Below, in pieces: positions 24,152-36,373 of a DNA stretch of 64,000 nucleotides. A program made the translations under genes and the position numbers. Under the pieces are notes generated by a model that ran no database searches, was not told the DNA's origin, and was given only the letters and a program-made list of their open reading frames with translations. Each line of letters begins with the position of its first letter. Within the stretch, counting starts at the first letter, position 1. Location of the stretch: assembly GCF_009834535.1 (NCBI RefSeq), contig NC_045732.1, forward strand, positions 20,956,001 to 21,020,000, written 5' to 3'. The DNA comes from Camelus ferus (taxonomy: Eukaryota).

Positions 24152-25549
24152 TTGGTGAAGACACACTGGAAGGTGATGGGACATTGCCCACTCAATTCCC
24201 CTCCAAATTTCTGTTCTTTGTGCAGACTGTGTGAGTGTGTATGGAAACAGGCCTCCATCCAGAGCCCAGCCAGGGCATGATAAGCCCCACAACCCTGAAG
24301 GCAACGGGATGACGTTACCCGCAGCCCTCATCTGCAAACCCACAGCTGGGCATCATGGAGGGGCAAGGAAGGGGCTTTTCAGATGCCTGGATGGGGGAAT
24401 CTCACTATCATGCAACTAAGCTGGTGGAGTGTCACCAGGAGGAAGAGTATCCAAAGCAACAGCCCGTGGGAAAAGCTTTATACAAACCAATTAGTACCCG
24501 GCATGCATGAGGTGTTAGTATCTCCTCATGATCCCTTGCCTGCCCTTGGCCATCACCAGCAAGAAAATCAATGTGGCTCAGCCTGGGCTGAGGCTAAACC
24601 CATCACTACTGTTGGATCTCGCTGCAGGGAATACAATTCATTCTAGATGTGGGTGGAAAGAAATCTCAGAGAGGTTATACATACAAATGAAGTAAGGCCA
24701 GCAAATAATACAGACGTTTCTACAATGTAACAAGGTATTTGCCCCCATGCCCTGTGGGATTCCTTGCTCCATAAATTACCTGCCCTCCCTCAGTCCCCAG
24801 CCCTCCCTGAGCACTGGCTTCCGCTGACGCCCTCGCGGCTTCCTCTTTCAGTCCCTAGAGTCTTCTGGATGTGCGGTCTGAGGGCGTCCGGGTTTCCTCG
24901 CTCCCTCAGGACTACCAAGCATAACCCGCTTGTCACCACGTGGAAACTCCTCTCCCTCCAAGGTCACCCACTGAGCTCTCTCTAGGGAGGAAGAAAGATT
25001 TGCTGGGGGCCTCACAAGTGCCAGGCGAGGAACTAGGTGTCCTAGGTGTGGCGGCGGAAACTGAGTGTCAGGGAGGTTGCGTACCTTGCCCAAAGCCACG
25101 GGATAAGGAAGAAGAGGAGTGGGGCTTGGACCCTGGTGTGTCTGGCTCCAAAGCCCAGGAGGCAGTGAGTGGGCAGGAACCATGTCTGGCCTGGTTAGCA
25201 TAGTTAACTACCACCTAGAAAAGGGCCTGGCCAAATGGAGGCACTTGATGAATTTCTGTAATGAATGAATGACACCACATAGATGCACACACACTCACTC
25301 CTCTCTTATCACTGAATCCATCCATATCTAGCACCCATTTTCCATCTTTGTCCCACAGCCGAGTTCCTCACAAGTCTACATATACTTGGTTGCCTGCTCG
25401 GTTTTCCTTCGACACAATCCCAAGTCTGCCCCCAACCACTGAACAGCAATGGCTTGACTGGGATTACCAAGGGCCAACTCGTGACCAAAGCCTATGGGTG
25501 CCTTTCTGCCACCCCGGCTGGCACTTTGGTGGCAGTTCTCACAGTGCAG

Positions 25550-25710
25550 TCGGCTAACCAGCAGGAGCAGCTGCCCTGGGAGTTTGCTAGAAATGCAAAT
25601 TCTCAGGCTTTAACCCTGACCTCCTGAATTAGAAACTTGGGGAGCAGCATTTGGGTTTTAACAAGCCGGCAGGTGATGGCGATGCACACTCAAGTGCGAG
25701 ATCCCCTGGT
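25550..25710. mobile_element. MER5A
   Basis: cctgggagtttgctagaaatgcaaattctcagg...ttttaacaagcc...caggtgat. Confidence 0.75.
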
Positions 25711-25809
25711 CAGTAAAGGCTCTACATCCGGCTTCCTCCGGCTTCCAGGAGCTCACAGCCCACCCACCCTTGCCCATGGCTCCCCGTCCTTCCTGCCCTC
25801 TGTAAATAA

Positions 25810-25975
25810 CAATTTTCCCCACCGTCATCTTCACTCTCTCCTCTACTTCTCCATAATCCCCTGGAGTGATGATAGCCATCCCGTGCTTGTAACTACCATC
25901 TATGAGCCAGCGACGCCCACCTCTGTAATTTCTAGCCAAGCTCTCCCTCCTGAATTCTCCGAAGACATGTCTTGG
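25810..25975 (+). mobile_element. L2 fragment
   Basis: taactaccatctatg...atttctagcc...tctccctcctgaa. Confidence 0.55.
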
Positions 25976-26869
25976 TCCTGACTTGTAGAAAAGAAGGCAA
26001 ACACTCAAACACCACACACGGCCTCCCTAGGAATCTTTGAAAAGACATTTAGAATACTTGAGTAATCCAAACTCAGAATGATGGCCTGACCACCCAGGTG
26101 CACGTTTTATCTGCCTGCTTAGGGCAACATTTGCTTGCACTCTAGCTGTCTCCTGTGCTCTCTCTCTCTTTTTTTAATTTGATTGATTAGTTTCTAGCTA
26201 ATAAGAGTAAAGATCTCTGTTAATGCTTTCTTTTGCTGTGCATGGGGACCACACACCTCACAGAGCCACCAGGACCCTAGAAGCTTATTTTCTGCTAATT
26301 TGTATCCTGAGGGGCTTGAAGCAGCTGGGATGCCTGTGTAAATCTAAAGAAAAATTAACTTCCGTGTGGGTAAGTTGGTCTCCAGAGAGACATTTGCCCT
26401 CCCCTAAGCACTTAGTTGATATTTGGCATCTAAATGTTTACTTAATCTTTGCCTCAAGCTAAAATGTCTCAGAGCTCAACAGTCACCCATCTCCCAGTGC
26501 TTCTCAGATACCCAGGGCTCCCTCTTCATTACAAGGAAGACATCTGCAGCTCCACTGCCCCCTCATCCGTGTTCTAGTTCTCTCAGGATAGCCTTCAGCC
26601 TTTCACAGGAAAGGTATCTGGTGTGTTGAAGATTTAAAGCAACAGGCCATCTCCAAGTGGCACAGGTCTGGGAAGTCACGAGGCCTCATGTCCACAGCCT
26701 GGTGTCCAAGACCCAAATGCCCATCTTCTTACTGAGATGCCTTCTCTGACACAGGCTTCCACATCTGAAGTCAGCGGACAGTGTCCTCTGGAATGTTCGA
26801 GTCGCAGCAACCGACTCCTCCCATTGGAAACCTCTTGACCGAATGCCCCCTGACTATTGAACCTTGCTT

Positions 26870-27290
26870 GTCACTGACTGTCATCAACTCCCAGAACACA
26901 CCGACATCCACCTGGGTGGATATGGGCTCTAGAACATCAGCCTCACATCACTTCAGCTCTTGCCATCTTCCTGAGCTTATGACAGCCACGTGGGTGATCC
27001 ATCCCCAGTGTCAGCCCTTCCTGTCCCCGGTCCCTTCAGCTGTCATGACCTTCATCCATCCTCAGTCACCCACATTCAGGGCCCCTCCCTCTGTGGATAC
27101 GTGCATCTTCAGACCTATTCTGCATCTGAAATTGTGGGCACCATCCTTCCCCTTTTGACCAGTATCTCCCGTATTTCTGGCCATTGACTTCTCCCACTTC
27201 CTGCTCCCACTCCAGCCTTGCTCACTTCACCTCCTCTTACTTCTTTTAGCTTCACTTCCTTCTCCTCCATCTCAGACCCTCTATCACTCA
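26870..27290 (+). mobile_element. Degenerate L2 ORF2 (endonuclease-region) remnant
   Basis: catgaccttcatccatcctcagtcacccacattcaggg resembles the L2 DLHxxPTSATHxxG segment. Confidence 0.45.
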
Positions 27291-29149
27291 ACTCCCCACC
27301 ACCCCCCACCACCAGCCCCACCCATCCCCACCCTGCCAGTCACCTGCCCCTCCACTCAGAGAGCACTGGCTGCTTTGTGCTATGGCCGACAATGGGCACA
27401 GCTCCCTCGCAACTGGGACCAGAGGTCCTGCTCCCAGCTTGCCTGCTCTTTGTGAATAAAACAAAAAATTATTACAACTTGGGGTGTCTGGGTTTGGGAG
27501 AATTAACAAACCTTTTCTGGTCTAACCAGCCTGCTTCTACCTCTTTCCCTGTTGGGTTTATTTTCTTTTGAAGGCACACACCTGTTCTGCCCCTCAGGTT
27601 TCTGGCTCGCTGCCTCCCACTGCAGGCAAATTGCTAGAGCTCAGGACAACCTCCTTCTCTTCAGCTTTTCCTTGGATTTTTCTGTTATGATCAAATATCA
27701 AAACAAATGAGTAAGCTCTATACTTTTGAAACTCCACCTTCTCAAGTGTGAAGACAGGGGCACACAGAATGCTCTTTGTACCACAACTACCTTAGTTATG
27801 TCATGGGCTGGATGAGATGGGCCAACCCTGTCTTCACACTGTGAGATGGTAACTGACGCAGCCTCAAGGCATGGAATTTCAAACAGAAGAGGCACTTCTG
27901 ACCCAGAGGAATCTCCTATCATCATTCAGTTTTTCAATTGACTCTGTATGAATTTTTTTAAAGTCTTTTTTTCCTGTTAAAATTCTACCCCTATTTACTG
28001 TCTGGAAGTAAGTGTGTTAATGACCGCTGCTTGCTGAGATGGACACAAAATCACACCGGTGGTCTAGTGCCCGTAGACATGAGCGCGATTCCTGAAGGCC
28101 GTGATCTGCAGTGACTGAGCCCCACCGTTACCAAGATCCAGAACAGTGCCTGGTACACAGTAGTCCCTCAATCCATTTTTGTTAAATAAACTCATCTAAA
28201 AATGACTCCTCTCTTCCTAAACTTCTGTATCCCTTTTTCTAAAAGATGCTAGCTCCTGTTTAAATAGAAAGAAATGGATCTCTTCTGGAAGCCACACTTG
28301 GCAGCGAGCTTTCTGGCTGGCGAGAGGAAGTTTGAGCCCAGACACTGCAGCTGGAGCGGCAATGCCTTGTTCCCAACAAGAATAGCAAACAGTGACTGTG
28401 TGTCCATGTGTTCAACCATCCGTCCATCTACCCATCCGGTCAGGTAAATCCTGGTGACGATTTGGGTTGGCACAGCAGACAATACCCCTTCTCCAGGGCA
28501 CCAGTGACACAAAACTGTGTGACCGACGTTAACATTCCTACCTCAACTAATTTGACAGAATGAAACAAGTTCATAAACCAATATATGGGTTGGTTGTTCA
28601 ATGTAACTGCTCAGCAAAAATTATGAAGGGCACGAGATACTAAGAAACAGTAAGTCTTTCTTTGATCTTAAGTTGTTTCATGTTGAAATCTATGGCACAC
28701 TAGGTGACTTAGAACATAAGACACACACACTACAGAGCTTGTACAGGGGCTGGGAAGGATGACAGCAGAGCAAAAGTGAACAAAATGTAAGCCCTGACAC
28801 CTCCCCGCCTTTGAGGAACCATGGCATTCAACAAGTGTATTAAATGAGCCACTACCATATGCTCAACCCCATAAAGCATGTGGAGATGACAAAACACACT
28901 CCTGATCTGCTTTAAATCTGGTAAAGGAGTCCGGGGGTGTGAGCAACCCAAGTGGCAAAGCCTGGGGCCCTGCACCAGGCTAAACATGGGGTGTCAGGCA
29001 TTCGGAGGAGAGAGCAATCGTGAGTGGTAAGAAAAGGCTTCCAGAAGAGGGGCATGCTAACTGGGCTCTGAAGTCAGGGAGCATGAACAGGTGCACAAGA
29101 GGCAGCCAGGGAAGGAGGGAGGCACTATTGCAAACCCAGGAGAATCCAG

Positions 29150-29325
29150 ACCTGGGGTTCCCACAACATGGATGGAGGCCAGCCGTTGCGCCATCACCTG
29201 AAAGCTTATTAGAGATGTAAATCCTAGACCAACGGAATCAGCAACCCTGGGGGCGGGGCCCAGCAAGGTGCGCAAACAAATTCTCCGGGTGACTCTGATG
29301 CACGCGCAGGTTGGAGAACCACTGA
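29150..29325. mobile_element. MER5A
   Basis: catcacctgaaagcttattagagatg...gggcggggcccagc...gtgactctgatgcacg...ttggagaaccactg. Confidence 0.75.
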
Positions 29326-29629
29326 GTTGGAGCGAGCACTGTCCTCCTTTCAACTGGCTGAGCAAACGGCCAGAGAAGGTTGCTGCTTCCCAAGCGCTCC
29401 CAGCCTTGCCCAGGTCTGGCACTTTCTAGGATCGTCAGGAAGGAAGCGTGGGGCTTTCCTCTGCTCTCTCCTTTCTGTAAACCAGTGCCTTGGAGGTGGG
29501 GCAGCCGCAGGCAGAGTGGGAGGTCGGGGGCCTCTCCCAGGCTGCTCAGATGTCACACACAATGTGAAGAACAGCTACGCTTCCCACTGGCTTCTGTATG
29601 AACATTTCCTGTGCATCTTTCTCGGTGGC

Positions 29630-30060
29630 TCGGACTTCAAATAGACAACTGGATGTTGGGTGAGCCGGAGGCAGGGAAGAGCTAGGCAGAGGCGGGAGGT
29701 AAACGGGGCCTCTGTGAACCCAGGGGGTCGGCCGTTACCATTCGCTCCCTGCGTCGGTGCAGGGCTAATCGATGGCTCGCAAAGCCTGCACCTATCTCAT
29801 AACGAGACAGTTGAGAGTAACCTTCGAAGGTGAAGAAGCCATTGGAATTGCACTTCTCTTCAGATCATATCATTAGAGAGAGCAGCAGAAATATTCTGGA
29901 AATTGTTGTTGACTTCACCGACGTGACTGCGGCCCCTGGAAGACTATAAGCACTCGGCAGAGCGCGGCTTCAGTGCTCCTTTCACCCGCCACCAGGTGAC
30001 GCGCGCCCTCTGCTGCTCCGTTCTCCCTGCGTGTGGAGCTCGTATTTTCTTCTGAAGCAC
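29630..30060. promoter_or_regulatory. Orphan CpG-rich intronic segment
   Basis: About 26 CpG in about 430 bp by hand count. Not recognisable as a repeat. Confidence 0.45.
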
Positions 30061-30504
30061 CTAGGTTGATATAACCTTTTCCTTCTAAAGAGAGAGCTTC
30101 TGGGCCAACTATGCTACTGGGGTGGCCCTTGCTAATGTCATTTGGGCTATCAAGTGGCCCCATCGTGCACATGCCAGTCAGCAGCAGAAGTCACAACCTG
30201 TAGGAGCCCAACCAACTCAACAGTGGCCCTGGTCCCATCAGTGTCTCTGGGGGCCGTCATTTGATTGGACCTGGGGAGATATCTGCAGAACGACCCAGGT
30301 AAGCCAGCCGCTCCTCCAGTGGGCTCCCACACATCTGAGATGACGGCGGCTGTGTGCTTGGCCGGGCAGCCGGCCTTCCGCACGCAGGCTCATGTGCGTC
30401 CAGCACGGCTGGCTGAGATTCGAACATCTCACAACCACTCACACGACTGCCTGCCGCTAGATTTGGGTAGGGGGGTGTTGTTGGAGTAGTAGTTAGTATT
30501 AAGA

Positions 30505-30852
30505 GGAAATGAATCATGCTCCGACATGGACGAACCTTGGGGACATCAGGCTAAGTGAAATAAACCAGTCACAAATAGTATATGACTGCACTGACATGAG
30601 GCATGGAGAGCAGTCAACTTCCTAGAGACAGAAAGCAGAAAGGTGGTTGCCAGGGGCTGGGAGAAGGTGGAAGAGGGAGTTACTGCTTAAGGGATGCAGA
30701 GTTCTTGTTTTGCCAAATGAAGAGTTCTGTGGATGGACGGCGGTGATAGTGGCACAACAGTGTGAACGTATTTCAAGTCACTGAACTGTAAACTTACGAA
30801 TGGTTATGATGGTAAATTTTACCCTGTACTTTACCACAACTTAAATTTTTTT
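30505..30852 (+). mobile_element. L1MB 3' end
   Basis: catggacgaacctt...gctaagtgaaataaaccagtcacaaa...gagacagaaagcag...ggttgccaggggctggg...cactgaactgta. Confidence 0.85.
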
Positions 30853-30904
30853 TCTGAAAAGTAAATGAGCTATTTTTGTTTTACTCCAGTATACCCAGTT
30901 TGAT

Positions 30905-31135
30905 TCACAATAATACAAATGACAATAAAAGTAAAGTTGATTTGCAAGCATGGGGCTACCTACTTGGGAATTATATCCTTCCCATCCTTTCAGACACATT
31001 CCATGATCATCCTCAGCCTACAGATGGGGGAGGTGAGGTCAGGTGGCAGGACGGCTGAGGCTCTCCCTCCTCCTATGAGGTGGGGTGAGACGGGAGCCCG
31101 GAAGCCTGCCTGACTCCAACAATGAGGGCTCTGAA
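30905..31135 (-). mobile_element. MIR
   Basis: cacaataataca...acagatgggggaggtgagg...cctgactcc. Confidence 0.5.
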
Positions 31136-31926
31136 GCCCCAAGAGATTCTCACCACTCAGACTTAGCTCAAGAGAACAAAAATCCGGTGAGTGTGTGTTG
31201 ACAGGTCCATGTAAAGACCTCTAGACCATCACCTTGCTCTGGTATATATTACATCAACTCATATAATATACACGTAATGTAGAAAGTTCTAGCAATGGAC
31301 TTGTCGAGAGAAGGCAACACTTTGTGATATGCATCTCAGTTCTGGAAGGCACAATGTCTGAGTCCATTCCTAATGCATGTGTCCAGCCACCTAGTGAAAG
31401 AATCTGAGTTTTTGTCAGGCCCATCTCGGCACTCGTGCCTGTACAAAGCATGCCCCTGGCCGTTGAGGGTCTCATAGTTCAGAGCCATGATAAGATGATA
31501 TTTGCCAGATGGGCTCTGGATTTCACACAGGGCTGTGCAGGCAGGGGCAGGGGAGCCTGGGAGTATGGAGGGAGGCACCCTAGAGTAGGGAGAGGGTCAG
31601 GGGACGGAGCTGCCAGTGAGACGCACAAACCCGAGACCAGCAGGACATCCAGGGATGCAGGCGGGCATGCCCTCTGCACTTCCAGTCTGAATGGCAGCTG
31701 GCCTTGCTCTAAGGAAACACGGGGGAAATCCGCATGGGTGAGAAGGGCCTAGGTGCTGGGACCTGGCTTCTCATCTGCTAATCCTGAAACCCACGCTGCA
31801 CCTCCCAGCCTCACACCCACTTTTGCCTGAGCACAGGAACAAGGACCCAAGTGGCTGGAGTCCTGTGTCCCATCGCTGCCCTGCCTCACCCCACCCCTGC
31901 CCTCAGCATCAAGAGTGGAGCAGTAC

Positions 31927-32086
31927 CTGGTGTGGGTCAGGGGACCCACTGGCCGTTCTGGCCTCCTCGGGGGCAGCGCGCCTGGTCTGCTGAGAGAGTT
32001 GGTCTTGGGTGGCCGCGGCTTTTTAGGCGGGATGGCAGGAACAGAAGGCTTCTGCAAATCCAGTTTTGGCTCTCTCTCTGGTCTTT
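31927..32086 (-). CDS. SH3KBP1: SH3KBP1 exon (human exon 12), 160 nt, phase 1-2, proline-rich core: (E)[52 protein letters not shown](R)
   Basis: Acceptor gacttaaag|AA, donor CAG|gtactg. Overlaps ORF 31749..32057. Confidence 0.97.
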
Positions 32087-34758
32087 CTTTAAGTCATTGT
32101 TCAAAGAAGCATAAAGAAGACAGGTAGATCTAGTGTAAGTGACAGTACCACAGTGAAGACTGCTTGTTCCCCGCTTAAAAAAAAAACCCTGATGCCACCT
32201 GCCAGGGTGAGGATGGGCGGTGAAGAGCGTCATCTCTTCTCTGTCAGGTTAGGAAGCCCTACGGAGCCGCAGCCCACTGTGCGCCCGTGTTCAGGCTGGT
32301 CCCTCTGCCTGAGGGCCCTTCCGGCCACTGGCCAACCTTGGAAAACTCCTACTCACACTTCATCAGGCCTACTCACCAGGCCTGGCTGAAACATGACACC
32401 GTCATGTTCCCTTCTCAACAGCTGGAGCCACCCTCAGAGGTGGACTTTCCTACTTCTTCTCCTGAGCCGCAAAGGACAGCTCTTTATAAACAGGCTCCAC
32501 TCGAGGACTTTCTGGGCATCTGCATGCTTGGCATGGTCTGCAGGCTGTCAGCCCCCAAGAGTAGGGCCCACGTTTGGTCATTTCCCTAGAACCTGCGTGG
32601 TGCCCCGCACAGAGCAAGCGCTCCGTCCATGGCTGATGGGTTTGGTCAGTGACCCTTGGGACCTGCAGGGTGTAGGGAGGAAAGAGGCCTGACTTGTCCC
32701 AGGTTGGCCTGAGTAAAGCACCGTTAGCTTCACAAGAGCGGGAGCATTTCAGGGAATAACAACTAGTTCTGGAGTCTTCTGTGCACAGTTTAACCTTGGA
32801 AGGTAAACTGGAAATTCACAGGTATTTGGTTTCCAAGTGGTTTTGGAGTAAGAGCTATTTGAATGAAGTTAAAGCCAGATCTGGTGGCCAAACTGAGCAG
32901 CATTTGGTGGCAGCTTCATGGTTTCTGTCCCCAATTAGCCTTGCTCTGCATGTGGTATAAAAAGCACAGATCCATGTGCTTCTTTCTAAGGACAGAACTT
33001 CAGAGAGTCACCTACTGCAAGACGGGCAGCTTTCCTGTGTTCACTGGGAAGGTGGGACTCTGAACACATTTTCCTTGCAAACACAAACTCATGTTGTCTG
33101 GGTGACCAGGCCGATTGGCAAAGCTTCAAGAAGTCTATCAGGGATTATACAGATATCACTGTGTTCCTCCCCCACAATCTTCCAGCAGGGGAAGTTGCTC
33201 CATCCAGGAATGCTGGGAAGTCTTCTACTGGTCCACAGGGACCAGAGAAGGGGCCAGAGGAGGAAGGGCCCGGCTGAAATACAAAGAAGGGGAGATTCCT
33301 ACGGCTGGGATGGGACGGGAGCTCTAGCAGCTGGCAGAACGAATGGGAGAGCGGGTTTGTGCCCACCTACTAGGGAGGCCAATTCTCAAGGTGGGGTGGG
33401 TTCACTGGTTTCCCTGGTGCTTTTGCCCAGGCTTCTGCCTTCTTGACCCACTGTGGTGCAGAACAAGGCATCATGGGAGGGGAAAGAATCAGAAGCGTGC
33501 AGCCACTTGGCCAGCCAACTGGGGTGGTTGTTCACACGTAAGCTGAGTCCATATGCTAGTCAGCACGGAGCAGAGCAGGCAGTGTCCTCAGCACAGAGCC
33601 TGGCTAGGAGCCAAAAACCAGCCAGGTGTCCTCTGTGAGGACAGGGGCACTGTTTGGTTATATCATGACGCATACTTTTACCAAAGAACTATTTGTACAG
33701 TACACACTTAGAGCTCTTTTCTCAGTGGTCTGTGACATAGACCTGGCCTTGACAATGAGGTGCCACAACTCAAGGTTTAACTGTTCACTGTGAGAGACAG
33801 AAGTACAATTTCTTAAGAACTCACCATGTTGGTCAAACTTTTGGCAGGCTGATATAAAATATTAAATTTCACACTAAAATTTCATGAGGCCACCTAGGAG
33901 CACCTCCAAAGAATTTCATTAATTAATTCAGCATTTCTCTTGTGACTCACAAATAACTGCTTTTTAAAATGGAATTTGCTCTGCCTCCTGTTCATAATAA
34001 TAACATCACAGTTTTACCATAAAATGTGTGATCAATCAAACCTTAGACACCTAATAAAACAAGTCCTCTCACAGCATACAGATTTCTTTGGGAGGAACAC
34101 TCAGACCGTGGGAGTCAAACACATTCATAAAACTGACTGTGTGATACAGGTTAAGGTACTTCCTTGAAGATGACATCTTTGACCCCCCTTAAGGGAACTG
34201 TGGGCACTGGGCTGCTTCTCCCAGTTTTGCCATGCCACCCCTCCCTCAACATTCCTGACCAAGGACATGTCTCTGTAATATAGTAGCCAGAGTCCAAGGC
34301 CCAGCAGAGACTGACCGTTTTCATTTGTCTGGATGGGAATTTCTCTAAGCCACATCCACCCATCACCAGTTAATGAGCACCTGGGGCACCAAGCCGGATG
34401 GAAACCACAGCAGATACATCAGGGCCCTCTAGGAACTTACAGCTGGCATCCCGACTTCGGGATGCTGCTAGTGTGGGGACGACAATGATGCAGGAAGATT
34501 GAGATGGAAGAGCCCCAAGGTGTTTTGTGACTGGGCTGGTTGTTTTTCATTTGATGAGAAATTCTGGCCCAAAGAAGCACCACATAACTCTCTCTCTTAT
34601 TGCCTTGGAAACAGGAAATTAAAAAGCAATCAAAACAAAACCATAATCTTCATATTCCAAAGAAAAAGCAAATTCTGTGGGTAATCCGGACGAGCCCTGT
34701 AACAGACAGCTTTGTCTCCTGCTGTTCCGTAAGTGTCAGCGAAGACTTGATTTCATAC

Positions 34759-34839
34759 CTTTCTCTTCTGTTCTGTTTGGAAGCGTTTCTGGTCTTTCAG
34801 GAGGTATCTTTTTAATTTCATGTTTTCTTTCAGTGGTAC
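34759..34839 (-). CDS. SH3KBP1: SH3KBP1 exon (human exon 11), 81 nt, phase 1-1: (G)[26 protein letters not shown](E)
   Basis: Acceptor ccttccccccgccccag|GT, donor AAG|gtatga. Not shown in the ORF track. Confidence 0.97.
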
Positions 34840-35254
34840 CTGGGGCGGGGGGAAGGATAACAACCATTAGGAAGTGTTCCTCCCATCCATTTATTAGACA
34901 TACTAGCATTTTAAATATTTATCAGGTATGGCAAAGTCAATAGTTTTTTTTTTTTCCTAAGCTGAGTGCTAGTGTTATCTGGCAAACACAAGCTGCTTAG
35001 AAACAGAGCAGAAGCCATTGCTGGCATATGTCATTAAGTTGCTTGCCTATACGTCCTTTATTTATAAGAAAACCACTAATATTTCTTGGTATTTAAATCT
35101 GACTTTCTTAGGCATCAAAGTAGTCACAGGAAATCACTTGGTGTGGGTGGGGAATGTATATAAATAAGCAAATCCATGGGCATAAGAAGATTGCTTTTTC
35201 ACACTACCAAATTTGGACTGGTTTGTTATGTAGCAAAATTAACCAGAACATGTA

Positions 35255-35440
35255 TTTTTTAAAACTGGATTATAGTTGACTTACAATATTGTATTAGTTT
35301 CAGGTGTACAGCATAGTGATTCAATATTTTTACACATTACATAGCATAAAAAGTTATTAAAATATCACTGGGTATATTCCTAGTGCTGTACATTACATCC
35401 CTGTGACTTATTTATTTTACAGCTGGCAGTTTGTACCACT
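35255..35440 (-). mobile_element. L1 3' terminal fragment of laurasiatherian type, preceded by a MaLR 3' end (about 35205-35250)
   Basis: tatagttgacttacaatattgtattagtttcaggtgtacagcatagtgattc...ccctgtgacttatttattttacagctgg. Confidence 0.8.
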
Positions 35441-36359
35441 TAAACATATTTTTAAGTGGAGGGATGTGCAGAGAAGATACGGTGGTTTTCCCTAGGTCTT
35501 TTCAGTCTGCATCTGAATCCCTCAAGTATTACATTTTCCCATATGTACCAATTAACACTTCCTTTTTATGCACATGGACTGTAGCTGCTCCCTCAAGTGG
35601 GGTCTTCATCAGTGTCAGTGGCCTCAGGCACGGTAGAGCACTTGGAAAATAGATAAAGCATGAAACCCATCACAAGTGTTCCCCTGATTTATGGACTTGG
35701 GTGAGTGCTTGACAAACTCCTTACATGATCAAACCTATGGATGGATGCGTGGTAAGTAACTCTTAATTACGTATTATCAGAAGCCAAAAGAACTTAAAAT
35801 AAACTCTCTTGAACACACTTTACATAAATCTCCTTAATGACTCACTATAAATTAAACACTGTACGTGATTTCTGTCAATTCCGTATCTAATTGTTTTGGG
35901 CCAAATAATCAAACTTGAGGAAAGGTGATGACAGGGGAAATGAGTGTATTTATCTCCCTGCCACAAAGTAGTTCCCAAGATCATGCAGCAGGATAAATGA
36001 GCAAGCGAGTAGTAATCTAGGAAGGTTAAATACCATCTTGCTTTGCCCTACAGAGATCCAGAATAACCTTTGGTAAAACTGTTTTAAAAGGATAAGAATT
36101 TGCCTACCATGCTACAATCTAGTCTCCTGATGAGAAGAAGTTCAGTATCACTCCTAGAGACACAGGTGAAATGAACAGTCTTCCTACCATGAAGAATCCA
36201 ACCCTAGTCACATTCTAGGCTACTTGAGTGTGGACCACTTAACTCATCTCCTTGGTCTCTAACCTGTCACCAAGGCTTCAAAGGAACAGGGTCTTCAGGA
36301 AAAAACAGATCAATAGTCTGCTTTCATTTCAGCACAATGACATATTTATCCAGCCAGAA

Positions 36360-36373
36360 CCACTAGGTGGCAA
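36360..36373 (+). promoter_or_regulatory. Candidate CTCF site CCACTAGGTGGCAA
   Basis: Matches the core consensus CCASYAGRKGGCR. Occupancy unknown. Confidence 0.5.

Noticed and set aside
31749-32057. [14 protein letters not shown]... as a standalone protein
   Set aside because: It is SH3KBP1 exon 12 read from an internal TTG and run into the intron.
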